Assembly (NCBI GenBank): GCA_951406725.2
Contig: OX597815.1
Location: forward strand, 191,270,001-191,334,000
Source of the DNA: Octopus vulgaris
Taxonomy: Eukaryota
DNA length: 64,000 nucleotides
Direction: 5' to 3'
The notes under the pieces were generated by a model. It saw only the letters and a list, made by a program, of their open reading frames with translations. It was not told the DNA's origin and did not search any database. Made by a program: the position numbers and the translations under genes. Below, piece by piece: positions 42,016 through 55,509 of this stretch; positions within the stretch are counted from its first letter, which is position 1, and every line of letters starts with the position of its first letter.

Positions 42016-43734
42016 TTAAAGTAAGAACAACAATAAAAAATAATCCATCCGGTGAGAATTAAATATTTTTCAGCATACACAATATTTAGTTGTGAGCTAT
42101 TTATCATTTCATACATTGAAGACGTTATCTCAGCGGGTTTTAAAATATGCCGAATGTCTCCAATTAATCTTCAGGCTTAGAGACACAGGTGTGTTTTAAA
42201 ACCTGCCTAGATAATATCTTCACTATATGAAACTATATGTAACTCATAATCATACTCTGTGTACATTCAACTATATATATATATATAGATATATATGTGT
42301 GTGTATATATAGTTCATCTTTTTGAACAACCAAACATTTATCACCAGAATCCAGTGTCTTCGTGCTGTGTAAATTAAATTTTTTGTAGAAAAATTTTGAA
42401 AAGTAAAATGCATTTTATTTCTCTGTGCATCTTAAACAGTGTATAAGACAAATACACTGTACAGGTAATCATGTGATGTAAGTTTATTAAGTGCTAACTG
42501 CTGTGCGTATGAATGTATGACAGAAAATGTTAAAGAAGTAAAAACAAAAATGAGATCATTTAAAATTTTATTTTATATATAAACAATAAAATTATATACT
42601 TTGGGTGGTATAAATTTTCATAGGTCTTTTTTTTTTTATTTAACAAATGGATTTATGTTACTTTAAAGTTATTGATGCCTAACTTATAAAATTAGTGTTA
42701 TAGTTGATATAGGTTTGTACCTTTCTTTATAAATATAGATTTCTGAGGTCCAAATAATTACCATATTTTAACGTGTAAAGAAACCCTCTCATTTTTTTTT
42801 TTTTTTTTTGGTGGGTGGGGTTAAAATTTGGAAAAATGGTTTTGTAAGGGATTAAAATATTATCTATGCATAAGAAACTCCTATACTTTCTTGACCTAAT
42901 TTTTGAAAAAAAAAAAGGGTTCTTTATATGCGTTAAAATACGGTACTTCATAATAATTTTTTAAAACTAATATTCACTGTACTTTATGCCTTGTATAACA
43001 CCTCCTTACCTCCTTTGTTAAAAATATTTTTCTAAATTCCCATGCATCTTCCGAAACAAAAGTTATTCCTTAATAAGGATCTATTGAAAATCAGATATCT
43101 TTTATATTTTACTTGTTTCTGTCATTGAACTATGACCATTCTGGAGCACTGCCTTAAAGGGTTTTAATCGAACCAAATTGACCCAAGAACTTATTTTTTT
43201 AAAGTTTCGTACTTATTCTGATGCTCTCTTTTGCCAGTGGAGGTACGTGGCTTAGTGGTTAGGGTGTCAGCATCATGATCGTAAAATTGTGGTTTCGATT
43301 CCTGGACTGGGCGACACATGTTCTTGAGCAAAACACTTCATTTCACGTTGCTCCAGTCCACTCAGCTGGCAAAAATTAGTAATGCTACGATGGACTGGCG
43401 TCCCGTCCAGCTGGGGAACACATACGCCACAGAAACCGGGAAACTGGGCCCATGAGCCTGGCTAGGCTTTAAAAGGGGGCATATCTATATATATTTTCTG
43501 GCAGAACCATCTTTGATGGATTACAGGTTGTTTCCCGCACAAAAAGATCAGCCACTGTAGCTGTCTTGGAGTAGTATAACCATATTGCTGCATTTAAATC
43601 AGAAGTTGTTAGATAATGCTTTAGAACAGCAATTTCCAACCATTTCATTCCTATTTTACTTGGGTGGATCTTCATAGTCATTAAGTGTTTAAAAAATCCT
43701 ATTTTATTTTTATCATTAGGAAAAAATGCTTAAA

Positions 43735-44216
43735 CCCTTTGGCATTCAGATTATTCTGTTAAACGTAATGTTTATTCATTCATATTGTTTTGAATTAACC
43801 ATGAATTATCTTGTAGCTTTGAGATTTTGATGATTGGCTGGCTTCCGTGCCGCTGGCACGTTAAAAGCTCCAACCGATCGTGGCCGATGCCGGACCCCCT
43901 CCCCCCGGCACCTGTGCAGGTGGCACGTAAAAAGCACCCTATACACTCGCAGAGTGGTTGGCGTTAGGAAGGGCATCCAGCCGTAGAAACTCTGCCAGAT
44001 CAGACTGGAGCCTGGAGCAGCCCCTGGCTTCCCAGACCCCGGTCGAACTGTCCAACCCGTGCTAGCGCGGAAAACGGACGTTAAACGATGATGATGATGT
44101 TGTTTATTTTTTGAAATGACATTGTAGGGTAGGTGTGAGAGGCCAAGTCTGGCTAGTTTGAACACAAAACAGGTAGAATATTTTGGCCAGATATGACCAG
44201 TCTAAATGCTTAAGGG
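43735..44216. mobile_element. Second piggyBac-type MITE family, interrupted by a SINE (about 43835-44100)
   Basis: CCCTTTGGCATT...AATGCTAAGGG|TTAA termini. Confidence 0.6.
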
Positions 44217-44380
44217 TTAACTGTTTTGTGTATTGTAAAAGTATAGCCAGTTTATTGCACATAAAGTTTGATAACAAAATCTTAAATGAATCCCAGCTGA
44301 GAACCACTTCTATAGAACAAGCCAACAACAACTAGAAAGACATTTCTGGTGCTAACTAGAGAACTGGAAATTATTAACAA

Positions 44381-44769
44381 CTAGCAGTATCGCCTGGCAT
44401 GCCCGGGTTTGTTTCAACCCTTTAGAATTGGAATTTTTGAAAAGTAAAAATTTTGCATTATGTAGCTTGTTATTCTCTTTAAGTGAACATTTTTCTGGTT
44501 GAAATACACTGAAAAATGATGACACAGCAGTCAAAAAATCGTAAAAAATAGGGATTTTCATGGAAAAAAAGCACCTTTTTGATGTAAATAATTTTTGGTC
44601 TTAACATGGTCCGATTTGAATTTTATCTTCTACGAAATGAAGAGCAAGCCTTCTTCTATCATACTCTCAATTTTGGTCAACTTGCGCCACAGGGTCTCGG
44701 AGGAGATAGTGTTAGTTGAAGGCTACCAAACCTGCCACACACAGACAACTTCAGCTTTATATATATAGA
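44381..44769 (-). mobile_element. Non-autonomous Helitron
   Basis: Minus strand TCTATATATATAAAGCTGAAGTTG...CCCGGGCATGCCAGGCGATACTGCTAG; same termini family as 12390-12695; A|T insertion site. Confidence 0.8.
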
Positions 44770-45327
44770 TAAATTTTAAAAATCCAAAATTTTCACACAC
44801 ACAAAAAAAAAAACAACAAAAAGACAAAATTCCACACCATGTAGAATTGTTCAGTAAAATAATATGGTTCATTAAGCTAAAAACACTAGAATAGAGAAAA
44901 TAACAAAAATAATTTCTCTTTACAAAAAGAAATTCAAGTTTATAATTAGGAATATTCACATAAATTGAAGACTATGTACATGAGGATTTGAATGAAGAAT
45001 AAAGGATTTTCATTCATTAATTGTTAGAAGTAGAGAACTCAGAAATATGAAAAAAAAGGAATGGTATAAAATGGTAAAATATTTTACTATTAAAAACAAC
45101 TAAACATATGAATATGCAATAGACTATAATTTATTCAGTATCTTAATGTTTAACTTTAATCTGTAATTAGAACTGTCTTTAAAGTAGATTTCTTGCTGTG
45201 TACCAGGTTTCAAGGCATAAAATATAGTTGATATAGATATAGTTGTAGACATATGCACATATATATATATATATATGTGTGTGAGTTTATAAATACATAT
45301 ATACATATGTGTATATACATGTTTGTA

Positions 45328-45359
<32 letters not shown>

Positions 45360-46621
45360 CACACACGTGTGTGTGTGCATGTGTATTCATATATACATAT
45401 GTGTGTGTGTGTATATATATATATATACACACACACATATGTGTGTGTGCATGTGTATATATATATATATATATATTTAGACATATATACAAATATTTAG
45501 ACATATATATGCACACATACAGCATTTAAAAAATTCTGAGCGTCAAAGTTTTTTTCTGCTAAAATTATTTTTCATGATGATTTTAAAGGTATAACTGATG
45601 TGTTAATTAAATTTCCTATTCTATATTTACATGTTATTTGGTACGTGTGTCTCATTAGTTGTTAGCAGTGACTGATCAATACATGGAACAGTCACTTGTT
45701 ATGCCTTATTGTTATTTCTTAAAGACACCACAGTATATTTCTATTTCTTAGCCCAAGCCAGCAAGTGAACAAGAAACCAAAAATTTTTTTAAGTACAACT
45801 CTCTTTCAAGTACAAAGTACTTCTCTATGAAATATGACCAAATATATTTATTAATGATTTGTTAATGTATCAGTGCTTTCAGAAAGGGTTTGTGCTTTGG
45901 AAGTTCTTTTTTTCTCTTTTTTTTTTTTGTACCTTTTGATCTGTTAATCCATAAATCTATTAAATCTTTTTTGCTCAGTCTAATAAAACTTCAAAAATAT
46001 TTAGAGCTAAAAAAAAATTATGTAAACGAAATGATATAATAAAAATATAACCAGAAGTGAAAGAAATGACTGTGATAAAACATGTTACATTGTATGTAGA
46101 AATTACAGAAAGTATAAAAAAATTACTTATTTAACAAAGCTAATGTGATGCTTTACCTGTGGATGAAATCCTCATGTCGATATAACATATTATATATGTT
46201 CATATATAAAAACATTTTCAGCTTTGCAAACAAATGAATTATGCTTGTTGTTGATTGATGAATAAGAATCTTGTTTAAAACGTGTTGTTTTTTGTTTGTT
46301 TGTTTGTTTGTTTTCTTTTTTCTATTTTCTTTTTTTTTTTTTTTCATATTTTAAAATAAAAATTTGTTGTTACCTAATCTAACTTCTTTTAAAATTACCA
46401 TGAATGTTTAGAACATATTTTTGTTTCATTCATGAAAAAAAAAATGTTGGGCTATTTTTATGTAAAAGCTGTATATTACCAATATATTAAATATAAGCAT
46501 AAATTTGTTAAGATTGTAATTGTTGAGGTGGGGGTGGGGTGGGGGGGTAAGTCATTCATGAACAACATTTTTTTTCTGTCCAAAATGAATTTATTTGCCG
46601 ATAAGATAACACAGATTACTT

Positions 46622-46680
<59 letters not shown>

Positions 46681-46985
46681 CATCATCAACATTTACTGAG
46701 CAATATATCCCAGTGTAAATGGAGCTTTTCCAGTTTTTAAGACATTAAGCAGTTGAAAGATGCTTCTCTCCCCCGCTTATTCCATCCTTCCCTTTACCAG
46801 ATACAAAGGCAGCCTGTGTCTGTTCTATCATAGCTTTTACACACAAGAGTATTTATTGCTCTGTACTAAAAACTAAGAATATCCACTGACCTGTTGCATA
46901 CAACAGTGAATACTATCTCTTTATGATATTTATTTAGAATTACATAGATTAAATACTTGGAAATTAGATGGCTTTACTGTGAACC

Positions 46986-47484
46986 TGACACAATATCAGT
47001 GACAGACCATTTGGTCTTGGGTTCCAGTCTATAGCATGGCATTTTAGACAAGTGTCTTCTACTGTAGCCTCACCCTTATTTCTTTATTGCCCACAAGGGG
47101 CTAAATGTAGAGGAGACAAACAAGGACAGAAAAAGGGATTAAGTCGATGAACATGACACAATATCAGTGATAGACCATTTGGTCTTGGGTTCCATTCTAT
47201 AGCATGGCATTTTAGACAAGTGTCTTCTACTGTAGCCTCACCCTTATTTCTTTATTGCCCACAAGGGGCTAAATGTAGAGGAGACAAACAAGGACAGAAA
47301 AAGGGATTAAGTCGATGAACATGACACAATATCAGTGATAGACCATTTGGTCTTGGGTTCCATTCTATAGCATGGCATTTTAGACAAGTGTCTTCTACTG
47401 TAGCCTCATCCTTATTTCTTTATTGCCCACAAGGGGCTAAATGTTGAGGAGACAAACAAGGACAGACAAAGGGATTAAGTCGAT
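46986..47484 (+). repeat. 168-bp tandem triplication across a SINE/SINE junction
   Basis: TGACACAATATCAG recurs at 46986, 47154 and 47322. Confidence 0.92.
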
Positions 47485-48678
47485 TACATCAACTCCAGTG
47501 TGTAACTGGTACTTAATTTATCGACCCCGAAAGGATGATAGGCAAAATCAACCTCAGCAGAATAGAACGTAAAGACAGACGAAATACCTATTTCTTTACT
47601 ACCCACAAGAAGCTAAACACAGAGAGGACAAACAAGGACAGACAAACAGATTAAGTCAATTATATCGACCCCAGTGCATCACTGGTACTTATTTAATTGA
47701 CCCCGAAAGGATGAAAGGCAAAGTCGACCTTGGCAGAATTTGAACTCAGAACATAGCAGTAGACGAAATACTGCTAAGCATTTCGCCCGGTGTGCTAATG
47801 ATTCTGCCAGCTCGCCGCCTTAATGTAGCCTCACCCTGACCAATGCCTTGTGAATAATATTTGATAGATGGAAATTATATGGAAGCCCATCACACACACA
47901 CACACACATATATATATAAAGGGCAAAGACCCCTTTCAGTCATGAATGACTGTGGGATTGCAGCTAGGAAGTTCCCCTCCAAGGCACAAGTCCAAGCAAG
48001 ATTGTTTGTGAAAGACCAGCATACTAGTCCCTGCTCTCCCTGCAAGTGATGTTGTCCAAGGGAAAGGTAAAGGTTGATACAGCTTGGCACCAGTGATGCT
48101 GCTTTTCATTTTTACAGGTGAGTGGACTGGGGCAACGTACAAAATAAAGTGTCTTGCTCAAGAACAAAACACATAGCCTAGTCCAGAAATTGAACTCAGA
48201 ACCTCACGATTATAAGCCTGACACTCTAACCACTGAGCCATGCATTTTCCCTATATATATAAGTACTTGTGTCTATGTCTTCACATTGACACCAATGAAG
48301 TATTGGTGATGTTTCTCTTTACATTTTCTGCAAAGAATACATCCCATATCTTGGTGATTTCGCCAATTTTGATACGTGAAGACCAGTGGATTAAAGAGTA
48401 CTTTACTTGCTAACAATAAAGGTATCAGGCCACAGAATACTATCTCAATATGTCTTGTTCAACTCATGCCAGCATAGAAACTGCAAATGAATGAACAATG
48501 ATGATGACCCTTCAGTTGGTTAAGCAATTCTAAACTCAACTAACCACAAATTAGTTTGCAAATAAGAATTTGGATAGATGTGTAAATGTTTACTAGAAGA
48601 TTTGTAACAGAAAATAGTTAATTTTTATTCATTAATTCATTAGTGGCAGAGTTTGTTTGAAATTAATCCAACTCAAAA

Positions 48679-48713
<35 letters not shown>

Positions 48714-49406
48714 AAAGGCACACACTATACTCTCAGAGTGGTTGGTGCTAGGAAGGGCATCCAGCTGTAGAAACCAAGCCAAATCAGATTGGAACCTGGT
48801 ACAGCTCTCCAGCTTATCAGTTCCAGTCAAATTGTCTAGCCCATGCCATCATGGAAAGCAGACACTAAATGATGATGATATATATATATAGAGAGAGAGA
48901 GAGAGAAATAATTAAGATTCAGTTTAATTAGGTACTTAAGTTGAGGCACCAAGTCAGTATGGTATTATCTGCATAGATCGAAGTAAGGTGAATAAAAAAC
49001 AAGGATGTCCAGTTATTAGTGCATTATATCTGTTTCAGGCAGTTTCATTTAAATTAGAGCTGCCTGAAACAGCTGTATGCACATTCTTGTTACTTATCAC
49101 ACTGCTACACCCACATCACGCCACCCCGCACCACTCCACACACACTAGCACTGACCAATTCCCAGCACCCATACCACACAACAACACCTGCACATCCACA
49201 CACACACACATCAAAGTCACTAGCCCATCTCTCCAGACACACACACATTCTCACACGCACCTTTCTTTTGGGATCACCAATACTTTATCATGTCCCCCTT
49301 CTTTCTACCTCTCCTGTCAAACCTTTTTTCTTTCCAACAAATCGCCATAATTAACTGCTAAATCCACAAGTTTTTTTTATTCTCTCTGAGTTTATTTTCT
49401 CTTATC

Positions 49407-49444
49407 TCTTTCTGTTGAAGAGCATAGGCCCGAAACATAAAAGA
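49407..49444 (+). ncRNA. Degenerate minimal hammerhead-like motif
   Basis: TCTTT-CTGTTGA-agagcataggccc-GAAA-CA-TA-AAAGA; a more decayed relative lies on the minus strand at about 3585-3625. Confidence 0.4.
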
Positions 49445-50049
49445 CTTTATCACTTTCCCAAGTGTCAAACTAATACACCTGTCTTTGTCTTTTATTTTTC
49501 TGTAAATTTCAACTATATATATATATATATATACATACATACATACATATGGTGTAGTATGTCCAAATTTAGTATTATCATTATTTATTAGTACAATTAT
49601 TACATATGCCTTTTTTACCTCATGGATAATCACGCTCATGTGAAAAGTCATTTGTTTCATATTGAATTACAATTAAAATTATTAATTAGTAACTAGACTA
49701 TACCTGCCTCTGACAAACCTGAAAACACTGAGACAGTTAAAACATGTCTATGTTATGCTTCTGTCACACTTTTATTTTGATTATCCACACACACATCATC
49801 ATCATCATCACCATCACCACCACTTTAATGTCCACTTTCCCATGTTCATATGGGTTTGATGGAATTAATCAAAGCGGATTTTTCTATGGCCAGAATGTTT
49901 TCACCAGCTTTCACCCATGTCCAAGTAAAGTCCAGTTTCGTAGGTACTATATAGACATGTGACATATTTGATTATCGCCCATCCTTTGAAAATTGTACAA
50001 TATTGAACACATTGTTTATTATCCCCCAAAATAAAATTAATTAATCAAT

Positions 50050-50430
50050 ATCATCATTGTTTGACCGTGGTCAAGACAATGGAATTTACTATGTTACGCC
50101 AGACTTCATGGTCCATCATAGCATTACGGAGGTCCTGTTGCTGGATGCCTGTATCCCTGGAGATTACATCAGAGTAGGAGGGTGTGCACCCTCTGGTATC
50201 GCAAGTAGATGGCTTCCGGAGGAGAAGAGTAGAAATTACTTCGTTTTCTGCTCTACAACAATGTCCAGCAAACTGGACTCTTCTACCTTTCACAAGAGAT
50301 GATACAGGTGGTAGTTTCCCATATATTTGTACTTTGGTTGGATGATGCTTCCACGGGAGATTTTGAGCTCTCATAAGGAGGCGAGTGTAAGTTCAATCCA
50401 ACTGCCTCTCAAGCTTCTTTGATAGTTCCT
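50050..50430 (-). mobile_element. RTE-group LINE 3' fragment
   Basis: TYTRLLMRAQNLPWKHHPT...RRVQFAGHCCR...AMMDHEVWR then TGATGAT; typical RTE/RTE-X ORF C-terminus. Confidence 0.8.
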
Positions 50431-52904
50431 GATAAAGCTGTGTAAACACCATGAATAAGAGCTATAGTAATTATTTCAAAATTTAAATTAATCTAATTGA
50501 CAATAGATATTCGCAGCTCAGTAGCAAAATTGTAAAAGGAAAATTATTGTGACTGTGTGGTAAATAGCTTGCTTATCGGCCACATAGTTCTGGGTTCAGT
50601 CCCACTGCGTGGTACCTTAGGCGAGTGTCTTCTACTATAGCGGCCAGCCTTCCCACATTCTGTGCCATTCTAAATCCTCCACCCCACCCGGAGAACTACA
50701 TTAAGGGCACACATCTCTGTGGAGCACTCAGCCACTTGCACATTAATTTCATGAGCAGGCTGTTCCATTGGTCGGATCAGCTGGAACCCTCATCGTCATA
50801 ACCGATGGGAGTGCCACTTCAAATCTCTTGCCTAGCAAGTAAACCTCCATATCAAAGGGTTAACATCATACCAATGCATTGACTGTGACCCTTCTATTCT
50901 GCTGACTCATATATTGTGATGGTGAGGTGCAATGGCCCAGTGGTTAGAGCAGTGGATTCGCAATTGTGGGATCACCATTTCGATTCCCAGACTGGGAGTT
51001 GTGAGTGTTTATTGAGTGAAAACACCTAAAGCTCTACAAGGCTCCAGCAGGAGTGGGGGTGAACCCTGCTGTACTCTTTCACCTCAGCTTTCTCTCACTC
51101 TTTCTTCTTGTTTCTGTTGTTAAGCAACAAGACGGTAAGGGTGATGGTCTAGGGCTTAGGAGCGGGAGACCCCAGACTTTGGGAAAAAAAAACTTTGGTC
51201 GTCTTGTTGTAGTCGAGGGCTCTTCGCTGACGCCTGACACCACTGGGAGGTGGCCCTCGAAGTCACTGGAAATGGAGATCACCAGGTCCAAATTCTTGAA
51301 CAGCTCTTGTTTCTGTACCTGTGTACCTGTATTTCAAAGGGCCAGCCTTGTCACACACTGTGTTACACTGAATCTCCCTGAGAACTACATTAAGGATACA
51401 TGTGTCTGTGGAGTGCTCAGCCACTTGCTTGTTAATTTCACGCGCAGGCTGATCCATTGATCGAATCAACTGGAACCCTCGTCATATCTGATGGAGTGCC
51501 ACGATATTGTGATACAAGATTTTGAGCAGGTGTGTAGCACACCAACCTGGCTCATTACCTTGCTTCTTTCTCTCTTTTTGTTTTAACACAGTGTATTTGA
51601 TGAAGGTTCAAGTTGGTTCAGTTTCAGTCATGAAGAAAATGGGGATTGAAGTCTGGCTACAAATTTAGCGTACCAAATGAATATGATATTGAACTACTAC
51701 TGATAGATCTTGAGCTAATGTCACTACTGAAGTCATTTTGTATTTGTCCTGGCCGTTGCCAGCCTCGTCTGGCACCTGTGCCGGTGGCACGTAAAAAGCA
51801 CCCACTACACTCATGGAGTCGTTGGTGTTAGGAAGGGCATCCAGCTGTAGAAACACTCCCAGATCAGACTGGAGCCTGGTGCAGCCTCCTGGCTTCCCAG
51901 AATCCGGTCCAACCGTCCAACCCATGCTAGCATGGAAAACAGACATTAAGCGATGATGATGATGACTGCTGATTTAATCGCTGTGTCATAATATCAACCA
52001 GACTATCGAATGTTGTTATATATCACTGACCACTATGCACTTCACATTATTTTAGCTTTTGGATGATGCCACCCTGCTGGTTAGGCGATCAGACCAGCTA
52101 CTTTAAAAGGCAACAAAATATTTTAAATAGATTTGCTTTCCTGATCTTTAGATTGCTGACCCAATTCTTCACCAATTTGAACATCTTACTGTTATTCTTT
52201 TCCACAGACAAGTAATTTATCCTTCATGAACTTAATACTAAAGAGGAGTGGGGTCTCAGCACTATCAATAAACTAGTTTCCTAATCACTGATAGAGGTAG
52301 GTTGATCCAAATAGACATGGTGTTCAATGATTGGCTCACAGTTCATGAATTGGATTCTATTGCTTGCATCCCATTACATTTCTAAAGAGAACAACTTATT
52401 TTACATTTTACATTTCCAAAGTTCACCTAGCTCTAAGGATTATCCACCAGATCCTTCTGTCCAGGGAAAGATTAATTTTTCATCTGTGTTTATGCTATAA
52501 AACTGGAATCAAACACTAGATTTTAAAAGCTTTTGAAGCTTTAGAATCTCTTTCAGTTATATAATGTTTATCATCATTAATCTCCCTACGGCTCTCCAAT
52601 TAGAAATTTCTTTTTTTAAAGTAGCTGAAATTATTTTTATCTATTTTTTAAATCTTACCTTTATTTTTTATTACTTATTTTAACAAAATAGACTTAAAAT
52701 ATTTCTTGAAATTTTGTTGATGTCATAAGAATAAATAAGCCTTCAAGAGAAGAAAATAATTCTGTTTTAGAACAGCGGATCTCAAAATACATACAGCTAT
52801 TGAAAAAAATAGCATGCAAATATTTAGTTGTTGAAACATTTTTGGACAGAAAATGTCTTTTTATCCAAATGGATTTTTCAGCTCAATGCCTACATTCTAT
52901 CAAA

Positions 52905-53362
52905 TCCTTTCGATACCAACCCACCTGAACTGGCTCTGTGGTACAAATGTCTTGTTTTCATAAGTTTTGAATTAAATTCTTCCCCCAAACCTTAGTTACA
53001 ATTTATGTTCCTAACACTAGCTTAATGATAACTAAGTTATTTTACTAAATTCTTTGTTATATTTAAAATAATTGAAAGAAACACAGAACATCTCAACAGA
53101 AATATGGTGACAAAAGAGTTAACAAATAATTAATTTAACCCTTTTGATACCAACCCACCCGAAACCACCTCAAGCTCTGTGGTACAAATGTCTTGTTTTC
53201 ATGAGTTTTGAATTAAAATCTTCCACCAAACCTTAGTCACAATTTATGTTCCTTACACTAGCTGAATGATAACTAAGTTATTTTACTTAATTTTTTGTTA
53301 TATTTAAAATTAATTAAAAGAAACACAGAGCATCTCAACAGAAGTGTGGTAACGAAAGAGTA
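52905..53362. mobile_element. Two adjacent copies of the piggyBac-type MITE
   Basis: Both align to 41794-42015; separated by a short TTAA-rich spacer. Confidence 0.75.
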
Positions 53363-54220
53363 GGTAGCAAGCTGGCAGAATCATTAGCATGCCAGGCAAA
53401 ATACTTAACAGCATTTTGCACGTTCTTATGTTCTGAGCTCAAATTCTACCAAGGTGAACTTTGCCTTTTGTCCTTTTGAAGTTGATGAAATAAGTACCAG
53501 TTGAGCACTGGGGAGTCTATGTAACTGACTTACCCTCTTCACAAAATTGCTGGCCTTGTGCTTAAATTTAAAGCCAATATTTACAATATTGCTTAAAGCT
53601 TCATGTGCTTCAAACCCCACTGTTCCAAAAAAAGAATTATTTTTTGAAATATTTAGCATTATCTAATTTCAGTCTTTCATATGCTTCATATGACAGAATT
53701 ACAAGTTCAATTTTCAAAGTTTTTTTCATTATTAGATAATTAGTTAAGATCACGTATTTCTTTTTATATGTAAAGATTTGCAGACCTACCCAATATTTTC
53801 ACAAATACTTCAAATTTTAAAACATAAATAGTACATGAGCATTTTTTCATGTCTCAGTGTAAATGGCTTTAAAGTAATTAGGATAATTAAAATTAAAATT
53901 TCACATTGGTTTTGTGCATATAAATATCTGTCATCAATTTTGGGGGTTCAAATTTTACAACTTAACAGAATTCTACAGACTGCATTGCAGTGTAATATAA
54001 ATTCTGAAGTGTTTTAAATTAAAACTAATGAATGCTCTTATTTTTTATCACAGTGCAGTGTTTTTAATTGTCATTGTTTAGTTGCATGAATAAATTATAT
54101 TTCCTTAAATTGTATTATGTTGAATCAATACTGTAAGCACCTAATAACTGTAATTTTGTGTGTGTGTGTGTGAGTGTGTGTGCTTGTGTGTGTGTGTAGC
54201 TATGTTTGCATGAATGTGTG

Positions 54221-54616
54221 CAGCGGCGAGCTGGTTGAAACATTAGCATGCTGGGTGAAATGCTTAGTGGTATTTCGTCTGCGGCTACGTTCTGAGTTCA
54301 AATTCTGCCAAGGTCGACTTTGCCTTTCATCCTTTCAGGGTCGATTAAATAAGTACCAGTTATGCACTGGGGGCGATATAATCGACTTAATCCGTTTGTC
54401 TGTCCTTGTTTGTCCTCTCTGTATTTAGCTCCTTGTAGGTAGTAAAGAAATAGGTATTTCGTCTGTCCTTACATTCTGCGTTCAAATTCCGCTGAGGTCG
54501 TCTTTGCCTTTCATCCTTCTGGGGTTGATAAATTAAGTACCAGTTGCACACTGGGGTCGATCTAATCGACTGGCCCCCTCCCCCAAAATTTCGGGCCTTG
54601 TGCTTAGAGTAGAAAA
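54221..54616 (+). mobile_element. tRNA-derived SINE family D (dimeric form), representative
   Basis: GCGGCGAGCTGG...CTGAGTTCAAATTC...TTTGCCTTTCATCCTTTC...AAGTACCAGT. Copies at about 4-220, 33990-34410(-), 47410-47820(-), 53363-53580. Confidence 0.8.
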
Positions 54617-55509
54617 GAATGTGTGCATATATTATATTTTACATACAGCCTCCAGTGCAAAATATTTCCTTCGTAGCTATCACCCTGATACCACCACACA
54701 TTCGACAAATTCTTACAGAATTGCTCCTTCCATTGGTACCAACCAGCATTGCTACTATCAGGGATCATCCAAGTTCTAGCTTGATTTATTCTTCTGATGA
54801 TGTAAAGCACTCTTATATAAAAGGACCCATGTGATATCACATGAAAGTGTCCGTGCAATGTCGTGTAAAATCACTACATTGTGGTCCACATTTTCCCTCC
54901 TGTTACTTATACAACCACATCACCAAATCACATGTAGCTGCTACCATGCAGCAATTATTTTGTATTAATAATTGCTGAAAGTCTGCTATTCACTCCTACC
55001 TTTGGTCTTTTTCTCATATCTCCCACATGTCTCTGCCATACATGTGGTGTTCTCTGTCTTTCTCTGTTTCTCTCTTATGACAACGCCAGTCATCATCATC
55101 ATCATTTATCATCTGTTGTCCATGCTGGCATGGGTTGGATGGTATGACCAAAGCTGGGGAGTTGCACCAGACTCCAATCTGGTTTGGTATGGTTTCTACA
55201 GCTGAATTCCCTTCCTAATGCCAACCACTTTACAGAGTGTGGTGGGTGCTTTTATGAGGCACCACACCAGTGCTTTTATGTAGTACCTTTACATGACATT
55301 GCACTGGCACTTTTACGTGACGCCACCAAGAGTGCTTTACACCACCAGAAGGATAAATCAAGCAAGATACCCAGAATATTTCACCTTCACTGGAAGACTA
55401 TTTACAGACATACCTCTTAAAGTCTGTCAGAACTTCCTTTCGTGTGACTACTTGTTATGACCTTCCCAGTGCATCTTTAATCTCACAGCCAGTATATCTA
55501 GATCACATA

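Noticed and set aside
52100-52900. Protein-like stretches suggesting a hidden gene or exon
   Set aside because: No consistent frame, splice pair or recognisable motif; probably decayed TE.
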